Assembly (NCBI GenBank): GCA_963851265.1
Contig: CAWKNZ010000002.1
Location: 352,001-416,000, forward strand
Direction: 5' to 3'
Source: an uncultured Gemmatimonadales bacterium
GTDB taxonomy: Bacteria > Gemmatimonadota > Gemmatimonadetes > Gemmatimonadales > Gemmatimonadaceae
DNA length: 64,000 nt
Program-made: the position numbers and the translations under genes
Shown here: positions 1 through 9,574 of the stretch, in pieces
Layout: every line of letters starts with the position of its first letter
Position numbering within the stretch: the stretch's first letter is position 1
Notes under the pieces: generated by a model
What the model was told of the DNA's origin: nothing
The model's input: the letters and a program-made list of their open reading frames with translations, nothing else
The model's database searches: none

Positions 1-1198
1 CGGCGTCTCGACCTCGCTCGAGACGGTGAGCGCGCTCGGCGTCGGCGGCTGGCTGTCGGTGGTCGCGCAGCCGCGCCTGACGTGGACCGCCGCGCCGGGC
101 CACGCTCCCGTCGGCCCGGCGGGCAGCCGCGTGACGCTCGTGCCGCAGCGCCTGTACGTCCGCGCCGTGGTGGCGAACGTCGCCCTGGAGGCCGGCGTCG
201 ACGAGCGCGTTTGGGGGCAGGCGCCGCTCGGCCCGGGGATGCCGGGTGGCACGCTCGTATCGGCCAACGCGCCGCCGCTGCACGCGGTCTCGGTCGGATC
301 GGACACGGCGTTTTCGCTGCCGTGGCTACTGCGCTACCTCGGGCGTGTGCGCGCCGAGTTGTTCGTCGCGGACCTCGGCGCGCGCGACCAGATCTTCCCG
401 CATTCGAAGCTCGCCGTCTACAAGGTCACGCTGAACCCGACGCCCAACGTGGAGCTCGGGGCCGGCATGATGGACGAGTTCGGCGGGAGGGGCGCGCCGC
501 CGCTCCCGTTCGCGAGCCGGGTGACGGACCTCTTCCCGTTCCTCACGTGGCTCAAGAAGGGCGCCGACAAGCAGGAGTCGAACAAGATCGCGCCGCTCGA
601 CGTGCGGGTGCGCGTGCCGGCCCTGCGGGGCGCGGAGGCGTACTGGGAGCTCTCGCTGGACGACTTCGACGCGCGCCGGCTGCGGAGCGTGCTGTGGCAG
701 GATTCCGGGCACCTGTTCGGCGTCTCGCTGCCGCGGCTGCGCGACGACGGCGCGCTCGCGCTCGACGCGTTCTACCAGCACACGTCGCTGCGCCTGTACG
801 AGCACGGCCAGTTCCAGTCGGGGGTCACGTACCGGGAGCAGATCATCGGCTCGCCGCTGGGGCCTAACGGGGAGGCGTTCACCGGCGCGCTCGCGTGGCG
901 CCCGACGCCCACGCGCACCGTCCGCCTGGTCCTGACGGGCGAGCGCCGCGACCCCAGCCCCTACACGACGACGACCGTCGACGGCACGCCCGCGGGCGCG
1001 TTGAAGTTCGTACAGCTCGCGCGGCTTCCGGTCGAGGGGCGTGCGCGCGCGCAGGTCGCGCTCGAGCAGGGGCTGCCCGGGCGCGGCCGGTTCGTGACGG
1101 CCCGAGTGGGCGCGGACCGCGTGACGAACGAGAACTTCGTCGCGGGACAGACGCGCGTCCGGCCGTTCGGCGAGGCCGCGGTGCGGTTCGGTTTCTAG
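1..1198 (+). CDS. Capsule assembly Wzi-family outer-membrane beta-barrel protein (5'-truncated by window edge)
   Basis: Frame is open back to the window start. Amphipathic beta-strand pattern, YREQIIGSPLGPNG motif typical of Wzi-like proteins, C-terminal Phe (VRFGF). Confidence 0.7.
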   Translation, partial: GVSTSLETVSALGVGGWLSVVAQPRLTWTAAPGHAPVGPAGSRVTLVPQRLYVRAVVANVALEAGVDERVWGQAPLGPGMPGGTLVSANAPPLHAVSVGSDTAFSLPWLLRYLGRVRAELFVADLGARDQIFPHSKLAVYKVTLNPTPNVELGAGMMDEFGGRGAPPLPFASRVTDLFPFLTWLKKGADKQESNKIAPLDVRVRVPALRGAEAYWELSLDDFDARRLRSVLWQDSGHLFGVSLPRLRDDGALALDAFYQHTSLRLYEHGQFQSGVTYREQIIGSPLGPNGEAFTGALAWRPTPTRTVRLVLTGERRDPSPYTTTTVDGTPAGALKFVQLARLPVEGRARAQVALEQGLPGRGRFVTARVGADRVTNENFVAGQTRVRPFGEAAVRFGF

Positions 1199-1245
1199 CG
1201 CCCGTATCGCGCGCGATTAGCTTAGACCGCCCCCGCTCCCAACCG

Positions 1246-1929
1246 ATGGTGCCTCCTTCCTTCCGCGGCCGCGCGGCCGCGCGCGCGGCCGCCCTCCTCC
1301 TGCTGACCGCGTGCGCCGGACAGACGCGCGTCGCCACGCGGCCGACCGTCGCGCCGGGGCCGCGCGTCGACGTGCCGGGCGTCGGGGAGCCGAAGGTCGC
1401 CGCCGGGACCGCCGTCGTCACCGAGGACGACCTCGCGTACCTCCGCGAACGCGAGCTGCTCGTCCCCGTGGCCGGCGCCCGCGCGGCGCGCATCGCGGGC
1501 AGCTTCGACGAGGACCGGAGCGGCGGGCGCGTGCACCACGCCACCGACATCCTCGCCCCGCGCGGCACGCCGGTGCTCGCCGCGGACGAGGGGCGCGTGT
1601 GGAAGATGCGCCCCAATGCGTTAGGCGGCATCACGATCTACGCCGTCGACCCGCTCGAGCGCTTCGTGTACTACTACGCCCACCTCGACCACTACCGCGA
1701 CGGCCTCGTCGAGGGCGCGACGGTGCAGAAGGGGGACACGCTCGGCTACGTCGGCACGACGGGCAACGCGCCGCCCGACGTGCCGCACCTCCACTTCCAG
1801 GTGGCGCGGCTCGGCGCGGACCGCCGCTACTGGGCGGGCACGCCCGTGGACGTGCTGCCGTTCCTGCGCGCGGCCGACGCCGCGCGGGCGAAGCGCGCCG
1901 CCGCGGGCGCGGTCACGGCGATTCGTTAG
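1246..1929 (+). CDS. M23 family metallopeptidase, probable lipoprotein
   Basis: HHATD (HxxxD), YYYAHL and PHLHF motifs. Lipobox-like LLLTAC after ATG 1246. Confidence 0.9.
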   Translation: MVPPSFRGRAAARAAALLLLTACAGQTRVATRPTVAPGPRVDVPGVGEPKVAAGTAVVTEDDLAYLRERELLVPVAGARAARIAGSFDEDRSGGRVHHATDILAPRGTPVLAADEGRVWKMRPNALGGITIYAVDPLERFVYYYAHLDHYRDGLVEGATVQKGDTLGYVGTTGNAPPDVPHLHFQVARLGADRRYWAGTPVDVLPFLRAADAARAKRAAAGAVTAIR

Positions 1930-1939
1930 GCAATGCGAA

Positions 1940-1971
1940 GCGGGGGGCGGCCGTCACCGGCCGCCCCCCGC
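1940..1971. terminator. GC-rich hairpin between convergent genes, probable terminator
   Basis: Perfect 14-bp stem GCGGGGGGCGGCCG-TCAC-CGGCCGCCCCCCGC just after the M23 stop. U-tract is weak. Confidence 0.55.
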
Positions 1972-2147
1972 CCCGCACGCCCTCTGAGGTGCCGACGCCG
2001 CGCGCGTGCCCGGAGCCTCCGCGGGCCGGATCGGCGCCGGCCCGCGGCGCCGCCGTGGCCACCATGCGCCCGCGACGTGATCCAGTGTCGGCCGGGCCAC
2101 GCCGGACTGAAGTGCGCGGGGCGCCCGCCGCGGCGGAGACCGCCGCG

Positions 2148-3635
2148 TCAGAAGCGGAGCGCCAGGTACCGGTACGACGCCGTGTATTCCTGGTTGAACT
2201 GCTTGGGACCGTACAGCCACGCGCCGTTGACCCCGCCGGCGAACACGGCGTCCGCCTTGTCGTAGTAGCTCGCGTCGCCGGTCTGCCTGGCGATGAACGC
2301 GTACCCCGACGAGATGAGGTTGTTGAGGTCTGCCGCGCCCGGCGCGCCCCCCGACTCGCTCGATATCGAGCAGGCACCCTCGATGTACGTGAACGCCGAC
2401 GACGCGGTGAACCAGTCGTTCGCCCACATGTAGTCGACCGCGCGTTTGATCGACGCGACGACGCGAGGGTCGGGCTGCACCTGCGTGTAGTAGCGGATGA
2501 GCGCGTCGTTCAGCATGCCCACCATGTACGGCTTGTTGTACCCGCACTGGTGGTAGTACGGGTACGACCCGCTGCTGTCCTGGCCGGCGACGATCCGCCC
2601 GACCAGGTCCTGCATGATCGCGCGGTAGTCGTACCCCGCGGGGCTCTTCACGCCAAGCAGGTATGCGTCGATGATCGCGTTGAGGACGCGCGCGGAGTTG
2701 CGCGAGTCGCCGTCGCTGGTGCTCGTGGGCGCCACCCCGGCGGTGTAGTTCCAGTAGCCGTGCGGGTTCGCCATGTAGTCCGCGACGAAGGCCACGGTGT
2801 TCGCCGACGTCGTGTCGTGCGTGACCAGCGCGTGCAGCGCCACGCCGTCGAGCATCATCCGGTACGACTGCGGATAGTACGGCAGCGTCAGCACGTCGGC
2901 GGTCGGGTTCGCGGGGTCCGGCCCGGTCTTGCCGGCCAGGTAGTCGCGCGTGACGAGGGCCAGCTTGTTGGCGCGGTCGAGGTACGTCGCGTTGCCCGTG
3001 CGCGCCCACCACACGTAGTAGATCATCGCGCGGTCGTAGAAGTTCGCACCCTGAGGCGACGTGCTGTCGATCTGCCAGTGGTAGTCGGCGAGCTTCGCGA
3101 AGTCCGCCTCGTACCGCGCGAACGCGCCGCCCATGGCCTGCACGGCCGCGACGCTCGGCACGTTCGCCGCACCCATGTAGGCGAGGACCGCGGCCGGGGT
3201 CGCGGTGGCCGGCGCGGGCGGCGCGGCGGCGGGGCGTCCGGCGGCCGCGGCGACCACGACGTGCACGCTGTCGACCACGGCGTGCGCCTGCACCGCGCGC
3301 AACGTGGCCGCCCCCGGGGCGACCGCGCGCGCGAATCCGTTAGGCATCACGGCCGCGACCGCCGAGTCGGACGTCGTCCACGTCACGGGGCCGTTCGCCG
3401 CGGGGGTCGTCCGCGTCACGGCGAGCAGGATCGAGTCCCGCACGGCGACCGTGTCGGTCTTCACGGCGACGGCCCCGTTCGCGGGTTGGACGGCCGGCGT
3501 CGTCGCGGGTGGAGCGTCGGGAGCCGTCACGGCGCGGTCCTGACACGCGGCGGACGCGAGGGCGATCGAGAGAAACCAGGCGGTGCCACGAGCGCGGGCG
3601 ATGCCGCGGCGCGCGGCGGCCGGAGAGGCCTGCAT
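2148..3635 (-). CDS. Secreted lipoprotein with Ig-like (Big_2-type) domain and aromatic-rich alpha/alpha-toroid-like C-terminal domain (possible glycan-active enzyme)
   Basis: Signal/lipobox-like LASAAC. VTWTTSDSAVAAV..G.ARAVAPG.ATL is a Big_2 pattern. Pro/Ala linker, then helical repeats such as WARTGNATYLDRA and ARQTGDASYYDKA. Confidence 0.65.
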   Translation of the reverse strand: MQASPAAARRGIARARGTAWFLSIALASAACQDRAVTAPDAPPATTPAVQPANGAVAVKTDTVAVRDSILLAVTRTTPAANGPVTWTTSDSAVAAVMPNGFARAVAPGAATLRAVQAHAVVDSVHVVVAAAAGRPAAAPPAPATATPAAVLAYMGAANVPSVAAVQAMGGAFARYEADFAKLADYHWQIDSTSPQGANFYDRAMIYYVWWARTGNATYLDRANKLALVTRDYLAGKTGPDPANPTADVLTLPYYPQSYRMMLDGVALHALVTHDTTSANTVAFVADYMANPHGYWNYTAGVAPTSTSDGDSRNSARVLNAIIDAYLLGVKSPAGYDYRAIMQDLVGRIVAGQDSSGSYPYYHQCGYNKPYMVGMLNDALIRYYTQVQPDPRVVASIKRAVDYMWANDWFTASSAFTYIEGACSISSESGGAPGAADLNNLISSGYAFIARQTGDASYYDKADAVFAGGVNGAWLYGPKQFNQEYTASYRYLALRF

Positions 3636-3656
3636 GAGGCGGGAGCGTGACGAGGT

Positions 3657-3760
3657 TCGGCGGCCCGACGAGCGTGGCGGCGGGGACACCTGCGGTGCCG
3701 ACCGGGCGGTAGCCTCGTAGCTTTGCGTCGCCGCCTTTCGACGGGTTTGCCGTGGTCGCC
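3657..3760 (-). ncRNA. Cyclic di-GMP-I (GEMM-I) riboswitch
   Basis: Minus strand reads GGCAAACCCGTC-GAAA-GGCGGCGACGCAAAGCTACGAGGCTA...GTCGGGCCGCCG. It has the GGCAAA...GAAA tetraloop...GACGCAAAGC signature and lies in the 5' leader of the 2148-3635 gene. Confidence 0.85.
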
Positions 3761-3902
3761 CTCAGCAGCCGCGTCTGGCGCGGGTCGCGGAGCGTGCCGC
3801 GCGGCGTTGGCACGGGCGGCGCGTTGGAGTGTCGGCGGGCCGCCGCCGGGGCTGAACGCGGCCGGCTTCGTCGTCCTGCAGATCTGACCGAAGGAGCACG
3901 CC

Positions 3903-4214
3903 GTGCCGATGACCGGAAAGGAGCGCGCAGCCCTGCGTGCCGAAGCGCACCACCTCACACCCCTCGTCCACGTCGGACACCAGGGGCTCACGCCGACCCT
4001 CTTTCAGGCGCTCGACGACGCGCTGCGCGCGCGCGAGCTGGTCAAGGTCCAGCTCGCGCGCACGGTCGACGTGCCGGTCAAGGACGCGGCCAACGCGCTC
4101 GCGACGGCGTCGGCCGCAGAAGTCGTGCAGGTGATCGGGCGAACCGCGACCCTGTACCGGCACAACCCGGAGTTGCCGCGGAAGGCCGGCGCCGAGCCGC
4201 CGTGGCGCGTCTGA
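3903..4214 (+). CDS. yhbY: YhbY-family (CRM domain) RNA-binding protein
   Basis: MTGKERAALRAEAHHLTPLVHVGHQG...ELVKV...VQVIGRTATLYR. AAGGAG SD upstream. Start 3903 or 3909. Confidence 0.92.
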   Translation: MPMTGKERAALRAEAHHLTPLVHVGHQGLTPTLFQALDDALRARELVKVQLARTVDVPVKDAANALATASAAEVVQVIGRTATLYRHNPELPRKAGAEPPWRV

Positions 4215-4257
4215 CGACGCGCCGGGCGTTCGACGTGGCCGCGATCCGCCGCTCGCG

Positions 4258-4650
4258 TTAGGGCTTGTACGTGATCGGAAGCTGGACGCGGGCGCGGACG
4301 GCCGATCCGTCCTTCTTCCCCGGCACGAATTCCATCTTCTCGACCACCGACTTCGCCGCGCCGGCGAGGCTGGGCGTCGACGCCGACACGACTTCGATGC
4401 TGCTCGGCTCGACGTGCCCGTCCTTGTTGATGGTGAACATGATCTGGACGGTGCCGCTCACGTTCGCGCGACGCAGGTCCTCAGGCATCGAGCGCGCGAT
4501 GAGGCGCGCGGTGGCCGCGGGGGAGACGAGCTTCGGCGGCGAGCTCAGATCTTCTCCGCCGTAGACGTCGGCCGCTTGGGCGTGTGCGAACGTCGGGATG
4601 GCGAGCGCGGCGACGAGGCCGAGGGCGGCGGGAAACGTGCGAGCGAACAT
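4258..4650 (-). CDS. TonB C-terminal domain protein with cleavable-looking signal peptide
   Basis: MPEDLRRANVSGTVQIMFTINKDGHV...FVPGKKDGSAVRARVQLPITY is a TonB_C pattern. N-terminus ends in AHA-Q. Confidence 0.8.
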   Translation of the reverse strand: MFARTFPAALGLVAALAIPTFAHAQAADVYGGEDLSSPPKLVSPAATARLIARSMPEDLRRANVSGTVQIMFTINKDGHVEPSSIEVVSASTPSLAGAAKSVVEKMEFVPGKKDGSAVRARVQLPITYKP

Positions 4651-4827
4651 GGGAAGGATTTCGAGGGAGGCCGACGATGTCACGATGACGCGGGCCACGG
4701 TCGTGGCGCCGAAGCATCGGGCCGTGAGCAGGAACGTCGGCATCTCCGCGGCGAAAGTTGAACGCGCGTTTGGAGCTAAGTCGCTGCTCCGTAGACGCTT
4801 ATCGACCCGTCATGATCCGACGCACGC

Positions 4828-4857
4828 AAAAGGGCGGGGCCGCGTGGCCCCGCCCTT
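4828..4857 (-). terminator. Rho-independent terminator of the Omp85-family gene
   Basis: On the minus strand GGGCGGGGCC-ACGC-GGCCCCGCCC followed by TTTT, about 60 nt after the 4920 stop. Confidence 0.7.
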
Positions 4858-4919
4858 CACGTGTCCGTGCGTCGAGATGACCGCCGTGCCGGGCCGAGAC
4901 CCGGCGCGCGCTCGCGCGC

Positions 4920-7900
4920 TTACCAGCCCGGCGCGAGTTGGAAGCCGACCACGTTCGGCTTGTCCGGACGCTGGAACGCGTGGGCGTAGAACACTTCGAC
5001 GACCGCGAAGCCGAGCAGGTTGATGCGGGTCGAGACACCCGTGCTCGCGATCGGGATGTTGCGCGTCGCATTTCGCGCCGCGTCGCCCGTGAGGAACTTG
5101 AGTTCGGGGCTATTCAGCCCGCTCCACGCGACGCCCGCGTCGACGAACGGGACGAGGTCGACGGGCAGGATGTTGGTGTTGATGAGCCCGAGGCCGGCCG
5201 GCGCGAGCAGGGGGATGCGGAATTCCGCGCTCGCCACGGCGATGCGGTTGCCAAACAGTCGCGCGAGGGCCGGGCATCCGCTGTAGGACGTGGCGTTCCC
5301 GCACTCGCCCGCCAGGTTGTTGCTGCTCAGCAGGTCGTAGCCACGAACCAGGCTGGGGAGGCCGACGTAGTACGGCTGCGACGGGCTGAATTCGCCATAG
5401 CCGTTGAACAGGCTGTCGAGGTTCGTGCCCTGGTTCGAGTTGCCGCCGTAGCGCCCGATGTGCAGCCCGCGGAAGGCGAACGTGACCGGCCGCATGTACA
5501 GGTACTGCCGGTAGTCAGCCGTGATCGCGGTGTAGTGCAGGTCGCCGAAGCTCGGCGCGACTTCCAGACGGTAGCGAGCGCCGGCAATGGGCGACGTCAG
5601 GCCGAAGGTGGAGTAGTCACCGACGAAGCCCGCGCTGAGCTGGGCGTAGTTGTAGGCCGGCGACAGTCCGGTCACGCGCCCGCTCGTCTGCCCGATCACG
5701 TAGCTCCCGCTCGGGTCGAGTTGCGTGGTGTACTGCCGGGCGCTCACGGTCTGGCGCGTGAGGCCGGCCGTGAACTCGAAGCGCTGCGTCGAGTTGAGCG
5801 GGTACTGCGTGATGCCGTAGACGAAGTCCTGCGTGACGCGGCCGATGTACTGGGTGTAGTTGATGTTGCCCTGCGCGTCGTACGCCGCGCCGGCCACGCC
5901 GAAGGGAATCGGCACGTGCCCGATGCCGCCGCCGAAGTTCCAGCGGTACTTGCTGTTGATGTACTGCACCTGGCCGCCGATGTCGGCGAGCTGGCCTTGT
6001 GCCTGCACGACGGCGGCGAGGTTCTGGTTGCCGAGCTGGTCGCTGAAGAAGGCCGCGACCCCGCCGCTCACGCCCGTGCCGAAGTACGAGTTGTAGCCGA
6101 CGCCCACGGTGGGCGGGGCGACGTAGTCGAGCGAGATGCGCGGCACGAGCTTGGTGTGCGCGAACGTGGTGTCGGCGCGCGGCAGACCGTTGCCGGCGTC
6201 GGCGAGGTAGCCTTCGATCGCGCTCGAGCGGCCGGGGGTGGCGGGCGGAAGCACTCCCCCCGCGCCCGCGGCGGTCGCGTCGGCGACACCGACGGCGGTC
6301 GTCGCACTCGCGGCCGCCGAGATGGCGTTGTTAGGCGCGGTGGCGGCCGTGCCCGAGCTCACGATGGCGTTGGTGGTGCCGCCGGTCGCGCTACCGCTGG
6401 CCGCCACGGCGGGCGCGGCGGTGGTGGCCGGCACGGGCGTCCCCTGCGCCTCACTCGCCTCGAGGCGTACGATGTCATAGCCGCCGCGGTCGAAGACGGA
6501 GAACATCACGCGGCCCGTCTGCCGCGCGACCGAGATGGCGGGCGAGAGGTTGGTGATGCCCGCGACGCCGGTGGCGCTGCGCGTGAGCCGGTAGCGCTGC
6601 CCGCTCGCGAGATCCTGGCGGTACAGGTCCGAGAAGCCGTCCGGGTCGGCCACGTAGTAGATGGACCGGCCGTCGGGGGCGAACTGCGGATTGATGTGCC
6701 GCGCGCCGGGGAAGCCGTCGAGCACGCGCAGTTGCCGCGTGTCGAGGTCGAAGATCCCGATGCGGGTCGGCGCGAAGGTCATGCGCTCGAAGTCCGTTCC
6801 CGGGCCCTGGTCGGTGACGAAGGCGAGCGTGCGGCCGTCGGGGCTCCACGCCGGCTGGAGCTGGGCGTAACGGTCGTTGGTCAGCCGCGTCACGCGGTCC
6901 GACGCGAGGTCGTACGTGTAGAGGTCGGAGATCCCGCCGACCTGGCCGACGAAGGCGAGCGTGCGGCCGTCGGGGCTCCACGACGGGTCGAGCGCGGCGC
7001 CGATACCCGGTGTCTTGAGCGTGCGTTCCGTCTTGCGACGCAGCACGTCGTAGACCTGGATCACCTGGTTCCCCTGCTCGTAGACGACGTACGCGAAGCG
7101 GCGGCCGTCGGGGCTCCACGTGCCGGCGGAGTTGACGAACGAGAGCGCGTCGAAGTGCCGGGGCGAGTTCAGTGACCCGAGCTGCGCGGTGACCTTCCCG
7201 GTCTCCGCATCGGCGAGGTAGATCTCGATGCTGAACAGCCCGCGGCTCGAGTAGAAGGCGACCGTGCGCCCGTCGGGGCTCACCGTGGGGCCGATGTTGT
7301 ACTCGCCGCCGCGCTTGGTGCGCTGGAGGATGATCGGCTTGGCCGTGCCGTCAGGGGGCGTGCGTCCGGCGATGAGCGGCAGGTACGCGCCCTGGATCGA
7401 CGCCTTCCAGTCCTTCGAGAGCTGGTCGGTCGAGACGTCGAGCGTGCGCCGGATGGCGCCCTCGAAGCCGTAGCGCAGCGCGGCACGGTAGACGTCGACG
7501 ACGGCCTGATCGCCGTAGCGGCCGCCCACGTACGCCCACAGCGCCTGCCCGTAGCGGTACGGGAAGTAGCGCGGGTCGTTGGTCAGCTGCTTGATGGTCG
7601 GCACGTCGTTGCGGCGCGCGGCGTCGCGCAGCCACATCGCGGTGTTCACGTCCGAGCGGCCGAGCGAGAGGTACTCCGCCATGCCCTCGATGAGCCAGAG
7701 GGGGAGCGTGTTGAGCCCCTGCTGCGCGCCCGGGGTGGCGTTGGCAATGTCGTACTGGAAGACGTGCACCAGCTCGTGGCCGAGCACGTGGTTGTTGTCC
7801 GCGTACACGCCCGTGAAGGGCATGATGACGCGCTGGCGGAAGCTCTCGGTGACGCCGCCCGTACCTTCGCTCTCGATGTCGGTGATGTTGTTCTGCTGGA

Positions 7901-8222
7901 AGTCCGACTGGTCCGAGAAGAAGACGATCGTCTTGCGCTGGAACGTGTGCCGCATGAACGGGCTCAGGCGCGCGTACCACCGTTCGGCGAGTCGGCCGCC
8001 GTCCTCGGCAGCCTGCTGCTCGTAGGGGTAGTACAGGACGTCGAAGTGCGGCGTCTTGAGCGTCCGGAAGTTGAAGGTCTGGTAGTTGACCTTGTTCCGA
8101 CCGAAGTATTGCGCGTCGGCCGAGCGACTGACTCCGGCGAACGCGGCGAGGGTGGGGAGGACGACGGCAGCCGCGCGCGCGAGGCGCCGCAGTACCGAGG
8201 TGAGGGCTGCTGGGCGGTGCAT
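4920..8222 (-). CDS. Omp85/BamA-superfamily protein with N-terminal zincin peptidase-like domain and TolB-like (PD40) beta-propeller
   Basis: Signal peptide ADA-QYFG. HELVH plus WLIEGMAE zincin motifs. Repeated P.WSPDGR (PD40). C-terminal barrel with VRGY and FVDAG motifs, terminal Trp. Confidence 0.85.
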   Translation of the reverse strand: MHRPAALTSVLRRLARAAAVVLPTLAAFAGVSRSADAQYFGRNKVNYQTFNFRTLKTPHFDVLYYPYEQQAAEDGGRLAERWYARLSPFMRHTFQRKTIVFFSDQSDFQQNNITDIESEGTGGVTESFRQRVIMPFTGVYADNNHVLGHELVHVFQYDIANATPGAQQGLNTLPLWLIEGMAEYLSLGRSDVNTAMWLRDAARRNDVPTIKQLTNDPRYFPYRYGQALWAYVGGRYGDQAVVDVYRAALRYGFEGAIRRTLDVSTDQLSKDWKASIQGAYLPLIAGRTPPDGTAKPIILQRTKRGGEYNIGPTVSPDGRTVAFYSSRGLFSIEIYLADAETGKVTAQLGSLNSPRHFDALSFVNSAGTWSPDGRRFAYVVYEQGNQVIQVYDVLRRKTERTLKTPGIGAALDPSWSPDGRTLAFVGQVGGISDLYTYDLASDRVTRLTNDRYAQLQPAWSPDGRTLAFVTDQGPGTDFERMTFAPTRIGIFDLDTRQLRVLDGFPGARHINPQFAPDGRSIYYVADPDGFSDLYRQDLASGQRYRLTRSATGVAGITNLSPAISVARQTGRVMFSVFDRGGYDIVRLEASEAQGTPVPATTAAPAVAASGSATGGTTNAIVSSGTAATAPNNAISAAASATTAVGVADATAAGAGGVLPPATPGRSSAIEGYLADAGNGLPRADTTFAHTKLVPRISLDYVAPPTVGVGYNSYFGTGVSGGVAAFFSDQLGNQNLAAVVQAQGQLADIGGQVQYINSKYRWNFGGGIGHVPIPFGVAGAAYDAQGNINYTQYIGRVTQDFVYGITQYPLNSTQRFEFTAGLTRQTVSARQYTTQLDPSGSYVIGQTSGRVTGLSPAYNYAQLSAGFVGDYSTFGLTSPIAGARYRLEVAPSFGDLHYTAITADYRQYLYMRPVTFAFRGLHIGRYGGNSNQGTNLDSLFNGYGEFSPSQPYYVGLPSLVRGYDLLSSNNLAGECGNATSYSGCPALARLFGNRIAVASAEFRIPLLAPAGLGLINTNILPVDLVPFVDAGVAWSGLNSPELKFLTGDAARNATRNIPIASTGVSTRINLLGFAVVEVFYAHAFQRPDKPNVVGFQLAPGW

Positions 8223-8330
8223 CGATCGGATCCCCGTGCAGGGGTGGCACGAACGGCCGCGACCGGTCGGTAGCCGGGGCGGCGGTGCGTTGGAGCGGCG
8301 ACGCGTGAGCGAGCGCGCCACGGGTGACGG

Positions 8331-8346
8331 GGCAACTGCCATACCA
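8331..8346 (-). promoter_or_regulatory. Putative sigma54 (-24/-12) promoter
   Basis: Minus strand TGGTATGGCAGTTGCC: GG and GC separated by 10 nt, matching TGGYAYRNNNNTTGC, about 110 nt upstream of ATG 8222. Confidence 0.55.
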
Positions 8347-8587
8347 CGTGCGCGCCAGCCCGCGCCGGACGTCACGTTCGTAAAGCTCCCGTCGACCCGT
8401 AACACACTTCGGAACGCTCGTTCCCTCACGCCCCCAACCACAAACGCCGGCGCCGGTCGTTGGGGTCCCTGTGCATCTCCCTGCCGCGGCGCCTTGTTAG
8501 CCTTGAACGTGCCCCGGTAACTTGCGCGCGGATAGACCGTCGCCCTCGTCGCCTCGTACCCGTCTCACCGTCCGCGACCCCACGCCC

Positions 8588-8851
8588 ATGCCGTACGTCA
8601 TCACCGAAGCCTGCATCAACGTCAAGGACAAGTCGTGCGTCGACGTCTGCCCCGTCGACTGCATCTACGAGGGGGGCGACCAGCTCTACATCCACCCCGA
8701 CGAGTGCATCGACTGTGGGGCCTGCGAGCCGGAATGCCCGGTCACGGCGATCTTCCCCGAGGAGGACGTGCCGTCCACGATGGCCGTGTTCATCACGAAG
8801 AACCGCGACGTGTTCAAGAGCCCCACGCCGCCGGGCCGCCCGACGCGCTGA
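8588..8851 (+). CDS. fdxA: Ferredoxin (FdxA-type dicluster)
   Basis: [26 protein letters not shown]...[18 protein letters not shown]. Confidence 0.93.
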   Translation: MPYVITEACINVKDKSCVDVCPVDCIYEGGDQLYIHPDECIDCGACEPECPVTAIFPEEDVPSTMAVFITKNRDVFKSPTPPGRPTR

Positions 8852-8873
8852 CCGGCCGCGGGCGCAGGACGGC

Positions 8874-8900
8874 AGGCCCCCGCTCCGGCGGGGGCCTTCT
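8874..8900 (+). terminator. Terminator hairpin after ferredoxin
   Basis: AGGCCCCCGC-TCCG-GCGGGGGCCT then TCT, between convergent genes. Confidence 0.6.
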
Positions 8901-8926
8901 CGCGTCCGGCGCCCGTGGGCCGCGTG

Positions 8927-9574
8927 CTACCGCATGGTGACCCAGTGCTTGACGCCCAGCGCGGCGGCGAGTCCGACATATTGCAGCAGCGTCGACACCT
9001 CGCTGCGGAGCGCCTCCCCCCACGCATGCGGCCCGTGCTCGGGCGGACGCGGCGGGCGCGGAAACCAGCGCGGGGTGCGCGCCTTGTACGCGAGGTATTC
9101 GGCGCCGAAGATCGACTCGAGCACGCCCTCCTCGTAGCGCACGATGAGCGTGTACTCGACGGCGAACAGGAGCGCGGCGACGGGGAGGAACCACAGCACG
9201 CCGCTCGCGACGACGACGCCGAGCCAGGCGAAGAAGTTGCCGACGTAGAGCGGATTCCGCATCCACGTGAAGATGCCGTACGTGACGAGCCGTTGCACGG
9301 AGCGCGAACGGCGTCGCGTGACCGTCCCCGCGGCGGCGACTCCGGCGAGGCGGAACAGCTCGCCGAACACGACCAGCAGGCCGCCCGCGACCCACGCCGT
9401 AACGTGCTGCCCGGGGCCGAGCGTGGACGGTGCGAGCAGGGGGACGGCGACGAACGGCACCGGCAGCCAGCCGCGGTTGCGGAATAGCACCGCACCGAGC
9501 GCGGCGGCGCGCGTCTGCTCGGCTTGGGAGACGGCTGCGTCGGCGGCGGACGGGGTGTGGGGGGCGGTCGTCAC
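8927..9574 (-). CDS. Isoprenylcysteine carboxyl methyltransferase (ICMT/PEMT)-family membrane protein
   Basis: LVTYGIFTWMRNPLYVG, YEEGVL..IFGAEYLAYKARTPRWFP. Confidence 0.88.
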   Translation of the reverse strand: MTTAPHTPSAADAAVSQAEQTRAAALGAVLFRNRGWLPVPFVAVPLLAPSTLGPGQHVTAWVAGGLLVVFGELFRLAGVAAAGTVTRRRSRSVQRLVTYGIFTWMRNPLYVGNFFAWLGVVVASGVLWFLPVAALLFAVEYTLIVRYEEGVLESIFGAEYLAYKARTPRWFPRPPRPPEHGPHAWGEALRSEVSTLLQYVGLAAALGVKHWVTMR

